NCBI GenBank assembly: GCA_020137815.1
Contig: CM035358.1
Location: 7,812,001 to 7,876,000 of the forward strand
DNA: 64,000 nt
DNA from: Hormiphora californensis
Taxonomy: Eukaryota > Animalia > Ctenophora
Direction of reading: 5' to 3'
The position numbers were made by a program, and so were the translations under genes. Position 1 is the stretch's first letter. Every line of letters starts with the position of its first letter. Below are positions 1 through 13,992 of this stretch, in pieces. The notes under the pieces are model-generated. The model saw only the letters and a program-made list of their open reading frames with translations, was not told where the DNA came from and made no database searches.

Positions 1-958
1 CCATTCCACCTGCCTGACTAATGAAGATTCTGCTAGGTTAGCTATGATATAGCTAATCAATCCCAGCCTTGACATTCACTGTCTGGCGGCACCGCCAACC
101 CAATTTGAGCGCACTAGTGTCAGTATTGTCGCTCGATTTTTGAGGGAGTATGGCGCCGCCAGACAGGACTTTCACACGTGTGTTTGTTTAGGAATTCCAC
201 GGTTGAAAGTTACAAGTTGCACCTCTCCCTTCAATAGTTGAACACATGTTGAGTGTAACTAGGAAGTATACCCCTCCTTTGCACTGGCAGAAGGCACGGA
301 GAGCTTAAGTAGTCGGCCTTTATAGGACTCGCATATGATATTCCTGAGTGTGTTCCCTTTTGTTCCTCATTTTCATCTTCCCACTGCCAGGCCAATGCTC
401 TGACCACGCGCTCACTCCTTACTTGAAAGAAATGAGAATGGGTTAGGCCAATGCTAGCTGACAGTCTTCACATAGAAGATGAAATGGTAGATTCCTGATC
501 TTGGCGCTTGTGAGATATTCCTTCAAGTCGTGAAACTCAACCAGACCATTTCACAAGCTGTACTCATTATGTTGGAAAATTTGATCTCAGGGATTTCGAA
601 TAATAATATATGTTGAGTAATGAGTATAGGGTCAATCTTCATACCTCTGATCGTAGCCTGGCGTGGACGAATAGAAAGTGATTGCTTGCAACAAAAACCC
701 TTCATTGCAGATTGTAGAACCATGTTGATCTTCGTTCAACGTTATATACAATCATGATCTATGCAAACATCTTACATGACTCGGCGTTTATTACATCATC
801 AGAGTTCTCTAGTCCTTCTATCATCTCCTCTATCTGATCTATCTATTTTCTCTCTATCGAGCAGCGAGGGTCGCGCCGGCGCGCGCGCGCGGCGGCGGCG
901 CGGCGCTCTCTATCTCTCGCGTCTCTCCTTCTCTCTATCTCGTTCTCTCTCGATCCGC

Positions 959-999
<41 letters not shown>

Positions 1000-1025
1000 T
1001 ACCTCTCTCTCTTTCTTACTATCTT

Positions 1026-1076
<51 letters not shown>

Positions 1077-4000
1077 CACTACTCATCAGGAGAGGCCAAT
1101 ATATTGCTTTCATTGCATTCTCTATTGACACCTGTCCTTTCCCTGGACCTCGGCCCAAGTATGGAGCTGATAGTGCAGGGTGGAGGACATACCATGGCGA
1201 TTCTTTTTTATGAGTTGGGCAATCAATTAGTCATTATAATGGGACATATGGTTTTGATATTATAGTCATAAGGGGAAATTTAGTAGAATGGAATTGAGCT
1301 CCAGAATCACCAAAAATCTAGTCTGCTGGAGCTCCAGCGTGCGATCAGTCCTGTTTGTGTCTATCACCGTTACGTCACTGTCAGAGCATTGGCCTGACCC
1401 TATTCGGCCTCGGAGTGCGTGAGAACTGTGGCCTGACAGCCGTCACTACGCAAAAGCTTTGTAACCTTTTTAGGAGCATCTCGAGTGTAATGGGGCAAAT
1501 TCAGTCTCCACATCAGATTCCAAAAAAGGCACACTAGATTTTTTGTAATTCTGGAGCTCCAGTACTGCCAGAATGGACTTTGCACTGTGCTGGAAGTCCA
1601 TTCTACTAGATTTCACCGCATGTTTTTATTGGGTTGTTAGCCACAAGCTGTTACCATGGCAGAATACGAGGTTTCCTCAGCGTCTTCCCAGTCATTCTTC
1701 CTTGAGGCTGTCTCATCACCATTATATTTGTCCCCCCACTGATTGACCACCGTGAGAAGGTTTCTACACAGAGAGAGATTTATCTGAGTGAGTATGCCCA
1801 TTAGCAAGCAGAGAGACTCAGACAGTCAGACAGTTGTCGAGTAAGGGGTGAGAGAAGGAGGGAGTAGAGAGACTGAGAAGGAAGGGAGTAGAGAGACTGA
1901 GAAGGAGGGAGTAGAGAGACTGAGAAGGAAGAGATGGAGGGAGACTGAGAAGGAGGGAGTAGAGAGACTGAGAGGGTTGTTTCCTAGTTTTACTGACTCA
2001 ATGTGGCGGTTATTTAGTTATTCAGTTGGAAAAATATGTCTCGAATCGAGCTCATAAAGCATATTGAACTGTTGAGAATATATGTTTAGTTTTCTTAGCA
2101 TTTTAAAATTCGTACTGCCTTTTCAGCATGAAAGAGGGTCGCTTCCAGGAAGCTCGATGGTATTTGTTGTACCTGGTTGAGTAACTCTCAACAGCTTCCT
2201 TACATTGCAGTTATCAGATCGGTTGTTATGGACTACTAAACAGGGTAACACGTGCAGAGGAAGCAGGTCACACACTTTCTTTACTTCCCTTCTCAATCTC
2301 TTCCTCAACTGATTTGTTTTATTTCCTCCTTGACTTTTATAGTACTAGATAAAACTTACCCCACAACAAGACAAAACGACAAACTGACAATCTAAAATTC
2401 TAAATTGAGCGAAATGTGTGGTGAAATTCTCTTGGCAATTGTAGAGCGATGTACTGATCGATCAGTACATCGCCCTACAATTAACCTCCAAGGACTTGTC
2501 TGAAATCTTAATATAATATAATGTCTGATACAATCATGGTTGTCATGTCTGTTTTGTTTGTAAATCAGCTTGTCTACATCGCACCAGACCTTGTCTAGTA
2601 GCACAATTAGCAGCAAGCGGAAGTGTGGTGCGATTTAGATAACTTGCTGAACACGCAGATTCATTGAAGGCAAAATTGTTCCTTTTGATGAATCAAAACG
2701 TGATGTTTTCCACGGAATAACATTTGTCAGACCTCTTCACATATTTGACAAGGGTTATACCTTCAGACCCCGATTTACCGGCCACCAAACATCCCGTTAA
2801 ATCGGGGTCCGACTGTACCCCGCGGAGACAGTGTAACAACTTTCTCACCATCTCTCATCAGGCTGAAAAAAGATCCCAGCAGCGGATCAATGAGATGAGG
2901 GAGAGGTTAGAACAGGCTAACAACACCACCAGAAGTATGCAGGTAATAGATCTTGAATCGGGTGTGGGATTGTGATTTACTCGACACTCGTTAGACCAAG
3001 AGTTGAGTTTTAAACGTAAAGCTAGATTGCTAACTACGAAAGAAAACCCATCAGTACTAATCATTGGATATTTATAAGACCTTTTCAAACGATTTTTCAG
3101 AACTATGTGAATTTCCTGAAGCAGTCCTACAGCTCAGTGTTTGGTGACAGTAACACAAGTCCCTACAACGGTGGGGGACGACTGTCACCGACCTACAAAC
3201 GGTCACCATCACCAACCCGACATGGAAATCTAAGCTTCGATATGTCGTAGCAGTTGTGGAGATGTAGGAACACTTAGAGACGAAACATAGTATGACGAAG
3301 ATGATGTTTATAAAGACAATTCAGTGGATGATTTACACAGGCTGGGCCCTGACAAATCTTGACAAAAGGAGCGACCTCGTGTGTGACCAGATGTTTTTAT
3401 ATGTTCTACCGTAATATGACTTTACACATAGCATGAGAGAGAAGAAGAAAAAACAATAGAAAGAGATTTATTTGTCATTTACCTAGGTACTGTGGAGAAA
3501 GTGTTCCAAAAACTTTTTGTACGCCATATTTTATGTAAAAAGTGGAAATTTAGAGAAGTAGATTTATCAGCAGATATTACAAAGCTGCCCTGAAATACCA
3601 AATTGGCATGGCTTTACTTGGCCTGGCTTTAGCTTTATTTGGCCTGACTAGCCACCTCATATCTTATGTACATCAGTTAAATTTGCATGGAACTAATTTT
3701 AATAATCTATAAAATCCTCGCCATGATTTTCCAACATTCCTAAACTAATCTAGCATGCGATTGCGAAGTTATTGACTCAGACTTATAGAATCTAAAATCC
3801 TATAATTTTCTGTAACTGTAAGACTACGTGTTATTGCCTTCCCCAAAAAAACGTCAATTTTTTTTTTTTCCAAAACAGAGGCAATCTGAAGCCACGACCT
3901 TGTCCCCCATCCTGTCAGAGCAGGCCTGACCCTCATTTCTTTCAAATAGTTCTGCACGCGGAGCGCACGAGAACTGTGGTCAGAACATTGGCTTGACAGC

Positions 4001-4315
4001 CCCCATTACCATGTGGGTTCCTTGATACCAAGCTGCCATCAGATAATGATGATGGCCACACCTTCCCATGCATGATCTCCGTGTTGTTGGCCATTCGTTA
4101 GAATTTAAATTTCATTAGATAATCTTCCCAGCCATTCTGATCTCTCAAAATTTCACTCTCTCCGGCCACATGTTGTCGTTAGAGGCACATGCCCGATGCC
4201 TCCTTAGCGACGTGTGTAATTCAGATTGCCTCTGTTCAAATCGTGTAATTTATTATTCAGATGAGTTATTCCGTTACGGCGTCGGATCAAACTTTCTTTC
4301 TTTCTTTTTTCTCTC

Positions 4316-4407
<92 letters not shown>

Positions 4408-5150
4408 TTCCCATCATGATGATTATCTCGAGGGAGAGACAACTTCATTTCCGGGTCTATCTAGATGCATTTTAACGATCCAACTCGTGGATAAACTGGC
4501 CTATTTCTGTTCACACTGACCATCTGACTAATTAATTATTGTCCCTGATCTATTCCGTTTAAATTGTCCTTTTGACTAGATAAGGAGTTTGTAACCCGAC
4601 GTCAGACCTTTCAGAGGCCAAGGTTCGTAATCTTTGGTTGGAATTTGGCAGATTAGATCCTTGTTGAGTAACATTGTTAACAACAAACAGATCCAATACG
4701 GCGTATGTAATACATACGCCGTATTGGATCACATACTATGTATCCAAACACCGCTCAGATTCCCACGCTCATTTGCATTTGAAATGTTTGGCTATCTCCG
4801 TACAGTTCAAACATGTGTGAAGTATTCTAACTCAATAACTTGTTGTGCAGGGTACTGTGTAAATGCATCCGAACCAAAGTGTATGGAGGAAAGTCCACCC
4901 TCGGCTGGTTATCAGAGAGGGATCAGATGCTGGGGATGCTCCACCAGACCTACCATCCGGTGGAACAAAGGTGTTTATTTTCAAATTCATCTATCTACTG
5001 CTACAATTACTATCTAGACTCTGAAATTGTTTTTTTTTCTTGTCTACGCCAAGTTTGGAAACCGTCGAATTTAGTACATCACTAGATCATTAGATTATCA
5101 ACAAATCAATAATTCTATTGCGTACCTGACTCATAACGTGTTCTTTCCAG

Positions 5151-8100
5151 ATGGGTGGAGCCAGTAGATTGGACAACCGGCGGCTCTCTCGTCTTTCTGA
5201 CCAGGCACCATCAGCAGGAGCGTATCGGATAGTACAGGGATGGTTGGGTGAGAGATATGAGCCTCACGACGGCGGAGAGGTAGGATCCATAGAGAATTCA
5301 GAAAACACATTGTTGGAAATGAAATTGACCATTTGATAAACTCACGTTCATAGATCAGCAAAATATACGACTTATATAACTATCCCCCACTAATACAGAT
5401 GGGTTGGTTGGAGGATTTTAAAGAATTTGCAGCAGATACAAGTGCACACGGGGTGAAGTATGTGTTTCATAGCAACCACAATGTGAGTTATTATTGGGGG
5501 ATTCTATTTATGGATTTCTATCAGTGGGATTAGGGAATGGCAGTTGACACTAGGTCATGAGAGCACTGTCCTGACCCTTATCTCGCGAGAACCGTGCGGT
5601 CAGAACATTGTCCTGACACTTATCTCGCGAGCACCGTGCGGTCAGAGCATTGGCTTGACAGAGTTGACAGGAAATTGGGAGTTAAAGTAACCCCTCTTTC
5701 TCCAGATGATACAAACACTGTTTCTCTTCATGTGGTTGGCATCCATTGGGTATGCTGTTTATGTAATAGCATCATCTACAATGTCGTTCATAGGAAAACC
5801 AACGGGTAAGAAAGAGCTGATGGTATGAATTGCTTAAAAAGCTTTCCACTCTCACTTCCTTGATGTTCAAGTCTCACTTCCTTGATTGTCACCAGGTACC
5901 AAGTTTCACACAGTACTTCCCTCTCTGCAGGTACCAAGTTTCACCCAGTACTTCCCTCTCTGCAGGTACCAAGTTTCACCCAGTACTTCCCTCTCTGCAG
6001 GTACCAAGTTTCACCCAGTATTTCCCTCTCTGCAGGTACCAAGTTTCACCCAGTACCTCCCTCTCTGCAGGTACCAAGTTTCACACAGTACTTCCCTCTC
6101 TGCAGGTACCAAGTTTCAGGTGATAGCAAGTCAGTTGGACCACCAGGAGAATATCAATCTTCAGAGTGCTGTCCAGTTTCCCACCATATCAGTGTGCAGT
6201 CACAATCAGGTAATATCTTGTCAGGTCAATGCTCTGATAGCTTCATATGATACAGTGGGAATTGTCTTGAAGTTGTGTCCACAGTTTGGATTCTTGGACT
6301 CTGTCCTCTGAACTCTACAATCCAAGAATCCCAACTCCCTAATATTTCCATTTGTACGGGTTGGAAAGGTACGCCTACAACACCTAACATGACTCTTCTT
6401 TCAAGGTGTCTCTAAAGTGGTCGAAAGAGAGGCCAGGATTAGAGAAACTGCTGGAAAAGTTCGATTTGTGGAACCCTGTAATTGCAGCTAACATTGATTG
6501 GGATACACCCGAATTCGAAAAGTTAGTTTATTACTCTTACTGTTCCATTTTCGCAAGAATTCCCGAGATTACAGTAACTTCCCGAGATGAGTATAATTTC
6601 CGAAACAAACGAGTTTCCCTCTCTCAATCTCATCACATGTTTCCTCTCTCTCTTCACCCCTTACTCAAAGATCTCTGACCAGGTGGAGAAATGCAACGTA
6701 TGAGGAAGTTATAAAGAAGGGAGGACCTGGTAACAGGACATTCATCCAGTGTGAACACGGTATCATGTTGTGTAGTGATGTTCTCAAGGAAAACTCATAC
6801 ACTAGGGTGGGTACAATAGGATATTATAATATATCAGATAACTGCAAGGATCTATAGATCTAAATAAATTGTTAAGATACCAAGCAAATGATTCATTGAT
6901 TCAAAGAACTTGATATTTTACTTAGCACAACACACCCCTCGAAATACCCTGGCATCATCTTCTAAGAGGCCAGTCCAGTTACCACCTTTTACCCTACCCT
7001 CATCATCTTCCAGGAGGCGAGTGTGAATGGTAACTGTTTCCGAGTTAACCCCGAGGGGAAACTAAAGGGTAAAGGTGGAGAGTACGGGAGGTTGAGGTTG
7101 ATGTTCTTTGCTGATCTGAATGACTACACCGCTCCTGCAAAGAATCAAGCTCAATATGGATACACTGTGGCATTTCATGATCATGAGACTTACTCCAGTA
7201 CAATTCCCTCAGGTAATTTTATCAATATCGCACAGTGCACTCAAATCAGATAGGGTCAGTGCCGCCAGATAGGTCGTGATGCCAATCCCAGATCCCTAAA
7301 ATAGCTGATGAGGTCAATGAGAGACATTCATTGTAAAAAGAGAAGATTGGCTCACTCTCTCACTCTTATCTAACCCCCCAGGATTCTTCATGAGTCCCTA
7401 ACAACCTCCTCCCCCCTCCCAGGATTCTTTATGAGTCCCTAACAACCTCCTCCCCCTCCCAGGATTCTTCATGAGTCCCTGACAACCTCCTCCCCCTCCC
7501 AGGATTCTTCATGAGTCCCTAACGACCTTCTCCCCCTCCCAGGATTCTTCATGAGTCCCTAACAACCTCCTCCCCCTCCCAGGATTCTTTATGAGTCCCT
7601 AACAATCTCCTCCCCCTCCCAGGATTCTTCATGAGTCCCTAACAACCTCCTCCCCCTCCCAGGATTCTTTATGAGTCCCTAACAACCTCCTCCCCCTCCC
7701 AGGATTCTTTATGAGTCCCTAATAACCTCCTCCCCCTCCCAGGATTCTTTATGAGTCCCTAACAACCTCCTCCCCCTCCCAGGATTCTTCATGAGTCCCT
7801 AACGACCTAATCCCCCTCCCAGGATTCTTCATGAGTCCCTAACGACCTCCTCCCCCTCCCAGGATTCTTCATGAGTCCCTAACAACCTAATCCCCCTCCC
7901 AGGATTCTTCATGAGTCCCTAACGACCTCTTCCCCCTCCCAGGATTCTTCATGAGTCCCTAACGACCTCCTCCCCCTCCCAGGATTCTTCATGATTCCCT
8001 AACAACCTAATCCCCCTCCCAGGATTCTTCATGAGTCCCTAACAACCTCCTCCCCCTCCCAGGATTCTTCATGAGTCCCTAACAACCTAATCCCCCTCCC

Positions 8101-8825
8101 AGGATTCTTCATGAGTCCCTAACGACCTCTTCCCCCTCCCAGGATTCTTCATGATTCACTAAACATAATCCCCCGCCCGGTTCTTAATGATCCCTAACAA
8201 CCTCCTCCCCCTCCAGGCCCAGGATCCTTCATGAGTCCCTAACAACACTCCTCCCCTCCCAGGGATTCTTCATGAGTCCCTAACGACCTAATCCCCCTCC
8301 CAGGATTCTTTATGAGTCCCTAACAACCTCCTCCCCCTCCCAGGATTCTTCATGAGTCCCGGCAGTATCTACAAGGTGGACCTGGGATTAGTTAGAGAGT
8401 TTAGAGAACCACCCCCGCCGGATTGTGTGATTCAACACTTGTAACTAACACATACGGTCGATACGAGGAAAACAGGTAACTAGTGATTTCATATATAATA
8501 ATTGTGGGAAGTAATTTCACATAAAATACTGAATTTATCTTGTAAATCGAGGGTCTGGTAAATCGTTGGTCCAGTGAATTGAGGTTTAACTAAACATCCC
8601 TTCTCCCTCTCAGTTGTATAGCGGAGTGTAGGGGTAATAAAATGTCACTGAACGTCACTCTCCTCCTCAGTTGTATAGCGGAGTGTAGAGACAATGCCCT
8701 TATTAGGGCATGTGGTTGTGTTCACGTGGTACCACCTCACCCTGACAACAACCCCCTTGTGAAGTACAGGCCGTGTACTTTGGAGCAGTGGGCCAAGTGT
8801 GGAATGAGGGAATACAAGAAATGGG
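5151..8825 (+). CDS. DEG/ENaC (ASIC/degenerin-family) sodium channel subunit, 5' ~two-thirds; 3' exons (TM2) not found in window
   Basis: Phase-consistent GT-AG exons 5151-5279 (tentative), 5399-5482, 5706-5805, 6106-6209, 6406-6521, 6683-6806, 7014-7212, 8344-8475, 8671-8825. Motifs: FAADTSAHG (pre-TM1 HG), hydrophobic TM1, FPTISVCSHN, GNCFRVN, and thumb Cys pattern CIAECRDNALIRACGC...C...C. One apparent 1-nt deletion near 8417. Confidence 0.88.
5893..6117 (+). repeat. 35-bp tandem array duplicating an ENaC 3' splice site plus exon start (7 acceptor copies)
   Basis: Unit CACCCAGTACTTCCCTCTCTGCAG|GTACCAAGTTT; the last copy continues into the exon at 6106. Confidence 0.93.
7372..8360 (+). repeat. 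40-bp tandem array duplicating an ENaC 3' splice site plus first 17 exon nt (~25 copies)
   Basis: Unit TAACAACCTCCTCCCCCTCCCAG|GATTCTTCATGAGTCCC; only the last copy continues into coding GGCAGTATC at ~8361. Confidence 0.93.
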
Positions 8826-8859
8826 GTATGTAACGAATCACAGTTTAAGTTTCTATCTG

Positions 8860-9385
8860 AGAAAAATTTATCGAATCGTAATTTCTAGAAGAGAATATTT
8901 TCACGAATCGCAATTTTTCTGACCGAGAAAATTTTCTCGAATTGCAATTTCTAACCAAGAAAAATTTATCGAATCGTATTTTCTAGCCGAGAAAATTTTC
9001 AAGAATCGCAATTTTTCTAACCGAGAAAATTTTCTCGAATTGCAATTTCTAACCAAGAAAATTTTCTCGAATCGTAATTTCTAGCCGAGAAAATTTTCAC
9101 GAATCGCAATTTTTCTAACAGAGGAAATTTTCTCGAATCGCAATTTTTAAGCGAGAAAATTTTCTCGAATCGCAATTTCTTAGCGAGAAAATTTTCCGAA
9201 TTGCAATTTCTTAGCGAGATAATTTTCTCGAATCGCAATTTCTTAGCGAGAAAATTTTACAAATCGCAATTTCTTAGCGAGATAATTTTCTCGAATCGCA
9301 ATTTCTTAGCGAGAAAATTTTACAAATCGCAATTTCTTAGCGAGATAATTTTCTCGAATCGCAATTTTTTAGCGAAAAAGTAATT
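8860..9385. repeat. ~32-bp degenerate tandem repeat (probably TE-internal)
   Basis: Recurring TCTCGAATCGCAATTTCT(T)AGC(C)GAGAAAATTT. Confidence 0.8.
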
Positions 9386-9511
9386 CGACTTAGCATGCTC
9401 GAAGTCCGACTTGCCTTTCGGGCTGAGCCTACCCCCCCCCCATTACTACATGTACATGTAAGAGATTTGATGGTGTACAACGATTGTAACAGTTTCTTTT
9501 AAGATTTGGGT

Positions 9512-9527
9512 GGCTTTGAAAAAAGCC
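9512..9527 (-). terminator. Histone 3' stem-loop (H4)
   Basis: Minus strand AAAA-GGCTTT-TTTC-AAAGCC-ACCCA followed by purine-rich AAAGAAA. Confidence 0.9.
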
Positions 9528-9571
9528 TTTTGCGGTACTGGGCAAGCCCAGTACCTGAGATTGTAGAGAAA

Positions 9572-9943
<372 letters not shown>

Positions 9944-10487
9944 TTAGTGAAAATAATGGGACTTTCCACGGAGTGTCGGAAGGACGTTTTGTGCATGGAA
10001 ACAGAATTTCCGGGAAAACTATTCACTCATAGATCATTTTAAAGCTTCTATAGTAAAGAAGAGTTGCTAACAGACTCGGTGAAGCTTAATTGAGCATTCT
10101 ATCATGTTTGGTTTCTGAATTATAGCCTCGCGAAAACGATGTCGGAAGGAATTCGCGTGACACATGTTTTTCGACCAAGTTTTGAAAAAGGCAAATTTTG
10201 ATGAGCTGATTTTGTTTTTCGAATTTCTGTCACCAGCAATCAATAGGAAATCGTCTGGAGATCATTTTAGTGTCCTTAAATATCCAAAAATGTGAACAGG
10301 TAAATTTTTGAAGGCTTCGAAAGTGGGATTAAAGAGAATGTCGGAAGGAAATGTCGGAAGGAATGTCTGAATGAAAATTTGAATTTCATTTTTAAACCTT
10401 TTTTAACACTAATTTCCTCAGTTTCAAGGTTGTAGTAAGGTTCAAATGCAACATAGAGTACGATAAAAGCTTTAATTTTTGAAAAAT

Positions 10488-11039
10488 GGGGGGGGGGGGG
10501 GCCAAGGCCAAAAAAAGCCAAACCCGCCCTGAAATCCGGGTCTGATCTGGCTTTTTTGGCTTTTTTGTTGCTTTTTTTGGCTTTTTTATCTGGCTTTTTT
10601 ATCTGGCTTTTTTGATCTGGCTTTCTTTGGCTTTTATTGGCCTTTTTGGCTTTTTTTGGCTTTTTTTGATCTGGCTTTTTTTGATTTAGCAGTTTTGATC
10701 TGGCTTTTTTTGGTTTTTGATCTGGCTTTTTTGATCTGGCTTTTTTTGGCCTTTTTGATCTGGCTTTTTTTGGCTTTTTTTGATCTGGCTTTTTTGGTTT
10801 TTTTGATCTGGCTTTTTTTAAATCAAACTTTTTTCGGAAAAAAAATATTTCCCTATCGATATAAAATGATAAAACTAGATCAAAGAAGCCATTTTTAAGT
10901 GTTTTTGATGTCAAACAGACCATATAATGTCAGAATTACATGCCAAATGACCAAAAAAGTAGGGCCAAAAAAAGCCAAAAAAAGCCAGACCCGCCCTAAA
11001 ATCCGGGAATGATCTGGCTTTTTTTGGCCTTGGCCCCCC
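10488..11039. mobile_element. MITE with G-run termini and internal TCTGGCTTTTTT repeats in the H3-H4 spacer
   Basis: GGGGGGCCAAGGCCAAAAAAAGCCA ... TGGCTTTTTTTGGCCTTGGCCCCCC; AAAAT on both flanks (possible TSD). Confidence 0.7.
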
Positions 11040-11839
11040 AAAATCAGAAATTTAATTTTTGAGAGAAATTTGGCATCCGGCCAAGAAAATTTCGAACCCT
11101 CTATTTTTTCCAATTTAGACCGCCTATACTAATTCTACAGGCTACACTAGGCTTTACTAACTTTCAAAAGCATTATCTGGGGGTAGTTTAAGCTCTAAAA
11201 CAGCTATTTTGAAATTTGGGTGTCGGAAGGACAAAATCTAAAGGCTTCGTGTCGAGAACCCCTGTACACTGGCAAACAAATTCCTATGCCACTAGGGTCG
11301 GATAGAAGTAAATCAGAAGATATGAGAGTTTCATTGTGATAGCTGGACAGGAAGTATGGTTTTTCTAACTTTTTTCACTTTTTGGCATGTCGGAAGGACC
11401 AATTTTCAACTTCAAATTATGGGTCACCTATTTGATTTACTGCTTAGATTTTGACATCTGTCGTACCCTCAGACAATTCTAAGACAGATCCTGGCTCGAA
11501 AGAAGCCATAGAATTTGGTTTGAAGGGTGAAAATGCCATTCATAAAATGTTGGTCGGTATGCTACGTGATTTGACCCATCTTTGAGTAGTCATAAAAAAT
11601 CGTCCGAAAACTTCTGGTACCTGAAACTTGTTGGATTGGACACCCCATACAATTCCCTAAACCCCTGTACCCTTGAATATCCCCTATTTCTCATTTTGTT
11701 TTTTCTCATTTCCGGGTCTGTGCCGTGGTGATATTAGAATTTCTACAAGCACGTTGGTAACTTTGCATGTTATTGCGGCCCCATATTGTGCTCTCTATCC
11801 CATAACTGTCTCAAACTATCCGAAGATTCTTCTTAGCTG

Positions 11840-11950
11840 ACCAATTAGCTTCGAGCTCTCTTATTGTAGAGCCAATGAGATTCGCTTACGTGGCATGCTC
11901 TCATTGGTTCTAGTCCGTTGGGCGGGAAACTTGTGAAGTATTAATACCGT
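11840..11950 (+). promoter_or_regulatory. H3 promoter: three CCAAT boxes, E2F-like site, TATA-like box
   Basis: CCAAT ~11841 and ~11872, ATTGG ~11903, GGCGGGAAA ~11921, TATTTAATA ~11939, all upstream of ATG 12000. Confidence 0.7.
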
Positions 11951-11952
11951 GA

Positions 11953-12411
<459 letters not shown>

Positions 12412-12456
12412 TTCTTAGGCCTCTTCCAGTTGTTACCGTAAGGTAACAACGACAAC

Positions 12457-12472
12457 GGTGCTTTTCAGCGCC
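12457..12472 (+). terminator. Histone 3' stem-loop (H3)
   Basis: GGTGCT-TTTC-AGCGCC-ACCCA, then AAAGAAA ~14 nt downstream. Confidence 0.9.
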
Positions 12473-12925
12473 ACCCAAATCAACTAAAGAAATCCCGATT
12501 TACTTATCGATGAAACATTGCTACACTTGTTCACCCAAATAAAGAAACGCAAAAAGTGGGAAGAGAAGTTAGACGGAGTATTAGATAAAGCTAAAGCGAG
12601 CTATTAGATGTGCTAAAACATCCCCCATTAATAATATTGCCTGGTGAAAAATGAACAACTGCTTCGTTTTTTTTATTTTGGTCAAAAACATTTGCGGTAG
12701 TTCCCTGTAAGAAATAAAATGATGGTGTGAGCCACATAAGGTTCCCCCGCTGTTCGAACGAAAACGAAAGATCGATGGGTAGCCTTTCAGAGCATTGGCC
12801 TGATTGGTGCACGCTAGAACTTTGGTCAGAGCATTGGCCTGACAGTGGGTAGTAGTCATGACGACACCTCGCATAGTTTTCTAACCCTAACTTATTAAAC
12901 GATACACCTGGGCAGCACACCTGTC

Positions 12926-13445
12926 CAACAGGGAGAGTTTGTTTTTTAACTAAGAGAACAACGACTAGCAACAGGGAGAGTTTGTTACTTTAACTAAGAG
13001 TTCAATGACTAGCAACAGGGAGAGTTTGTTACTTTAACTAAGAGAACAACGACTAGCAACAGGGAGAGTTTGTTACTTTAACTAGGAGTTCAACGACTAG
13101 CAACAGGGAGAGTTTGTTACTTTAACTAAGAGAACAACGACTAGCAACAGGGAGAGTTTGTTACTTTAACTAAGAGTTCAATGACTAGCAACAGGGAGAG
13201 TTTGTTACTTTAACTAAGAGAACAACGACTAGCAACAGGGAGAGTTTGTTACTTTAACTAGGAGTTCAACGACTAGCAACAGGGAGAGTTTGTTACTTTA
13301 ACTAAGAGAACAACGACTAGCAACAGGGAGAGTTTGTTACTTTAACTAAGAGAACAATGACTAGCAATATGGAGAGTTTGTTACTTTAACTAAGAGAACA
13401 ACGACTAGCAACTATGGAGAGTTTGTTACTTTTACTAAGAGAACA
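12926..13445 (-). repeat. 44-bp tandem array (~11-12 copies), possibly donor-spanning on the minus strand
   Basis: Plus-strand unit AACAGGGAGAGTTTGTTACTTTAACTAAGAGAACAACGACTAGC; minus strand reads GTTCTCTTAGTTAAA|GTAACAAAC. Confidence 0.85.
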
Positions 13446-13740
13446 TCAATATCCGACCTGCAACACAACTGCCAAGAAGGTGATGTAGTTCACAGCAAGT
13501 TGTTGGACGTGCTATTGGGTCACAGTAATAGCACTCGGTCAGGCAACGAGGTGATGAGAGAAAGAGAGAGAGAGAGAAAGAGAGAGAAAAGAGAGAGAAA
13601 GAAAGGAAAAAGGTGCTTAAAATTACCCACAAGTGTGTGAAAATTTGAAAATTAAATAGTAACGACGCCTAATTTAGGGGCAGCAGATGCGGGCCAGAGA
13701 TGTCATTCTACAGCCTTCCAAACGGAAATATTACTGAGAA

Positions 13741-13992
<252 letters not shown>

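Noticed and set aside
1650-3400. Coding-like fragments (MKEGRFQEARWY..., AEKRSQQRINEMRERLEQ...)
   Set aside because: Interrupted by stops and a MITE fragment; no consistent exon chain or recognisable family.
7372-8360. CRISPR-like regular array (also 12926-13445 and 52017-53493)
   Set aside because: No unique spacers, no cas genes, eukaryotic context; these are pure tandem repeats.
10276-10923. Lys-rich ORF between histone genes (possible H1/protamine)
   Set aside because: KKPDQ periodicity comes from MITE-internal TCTGGCTTTTTT repeats; no globular winged-helix domain.
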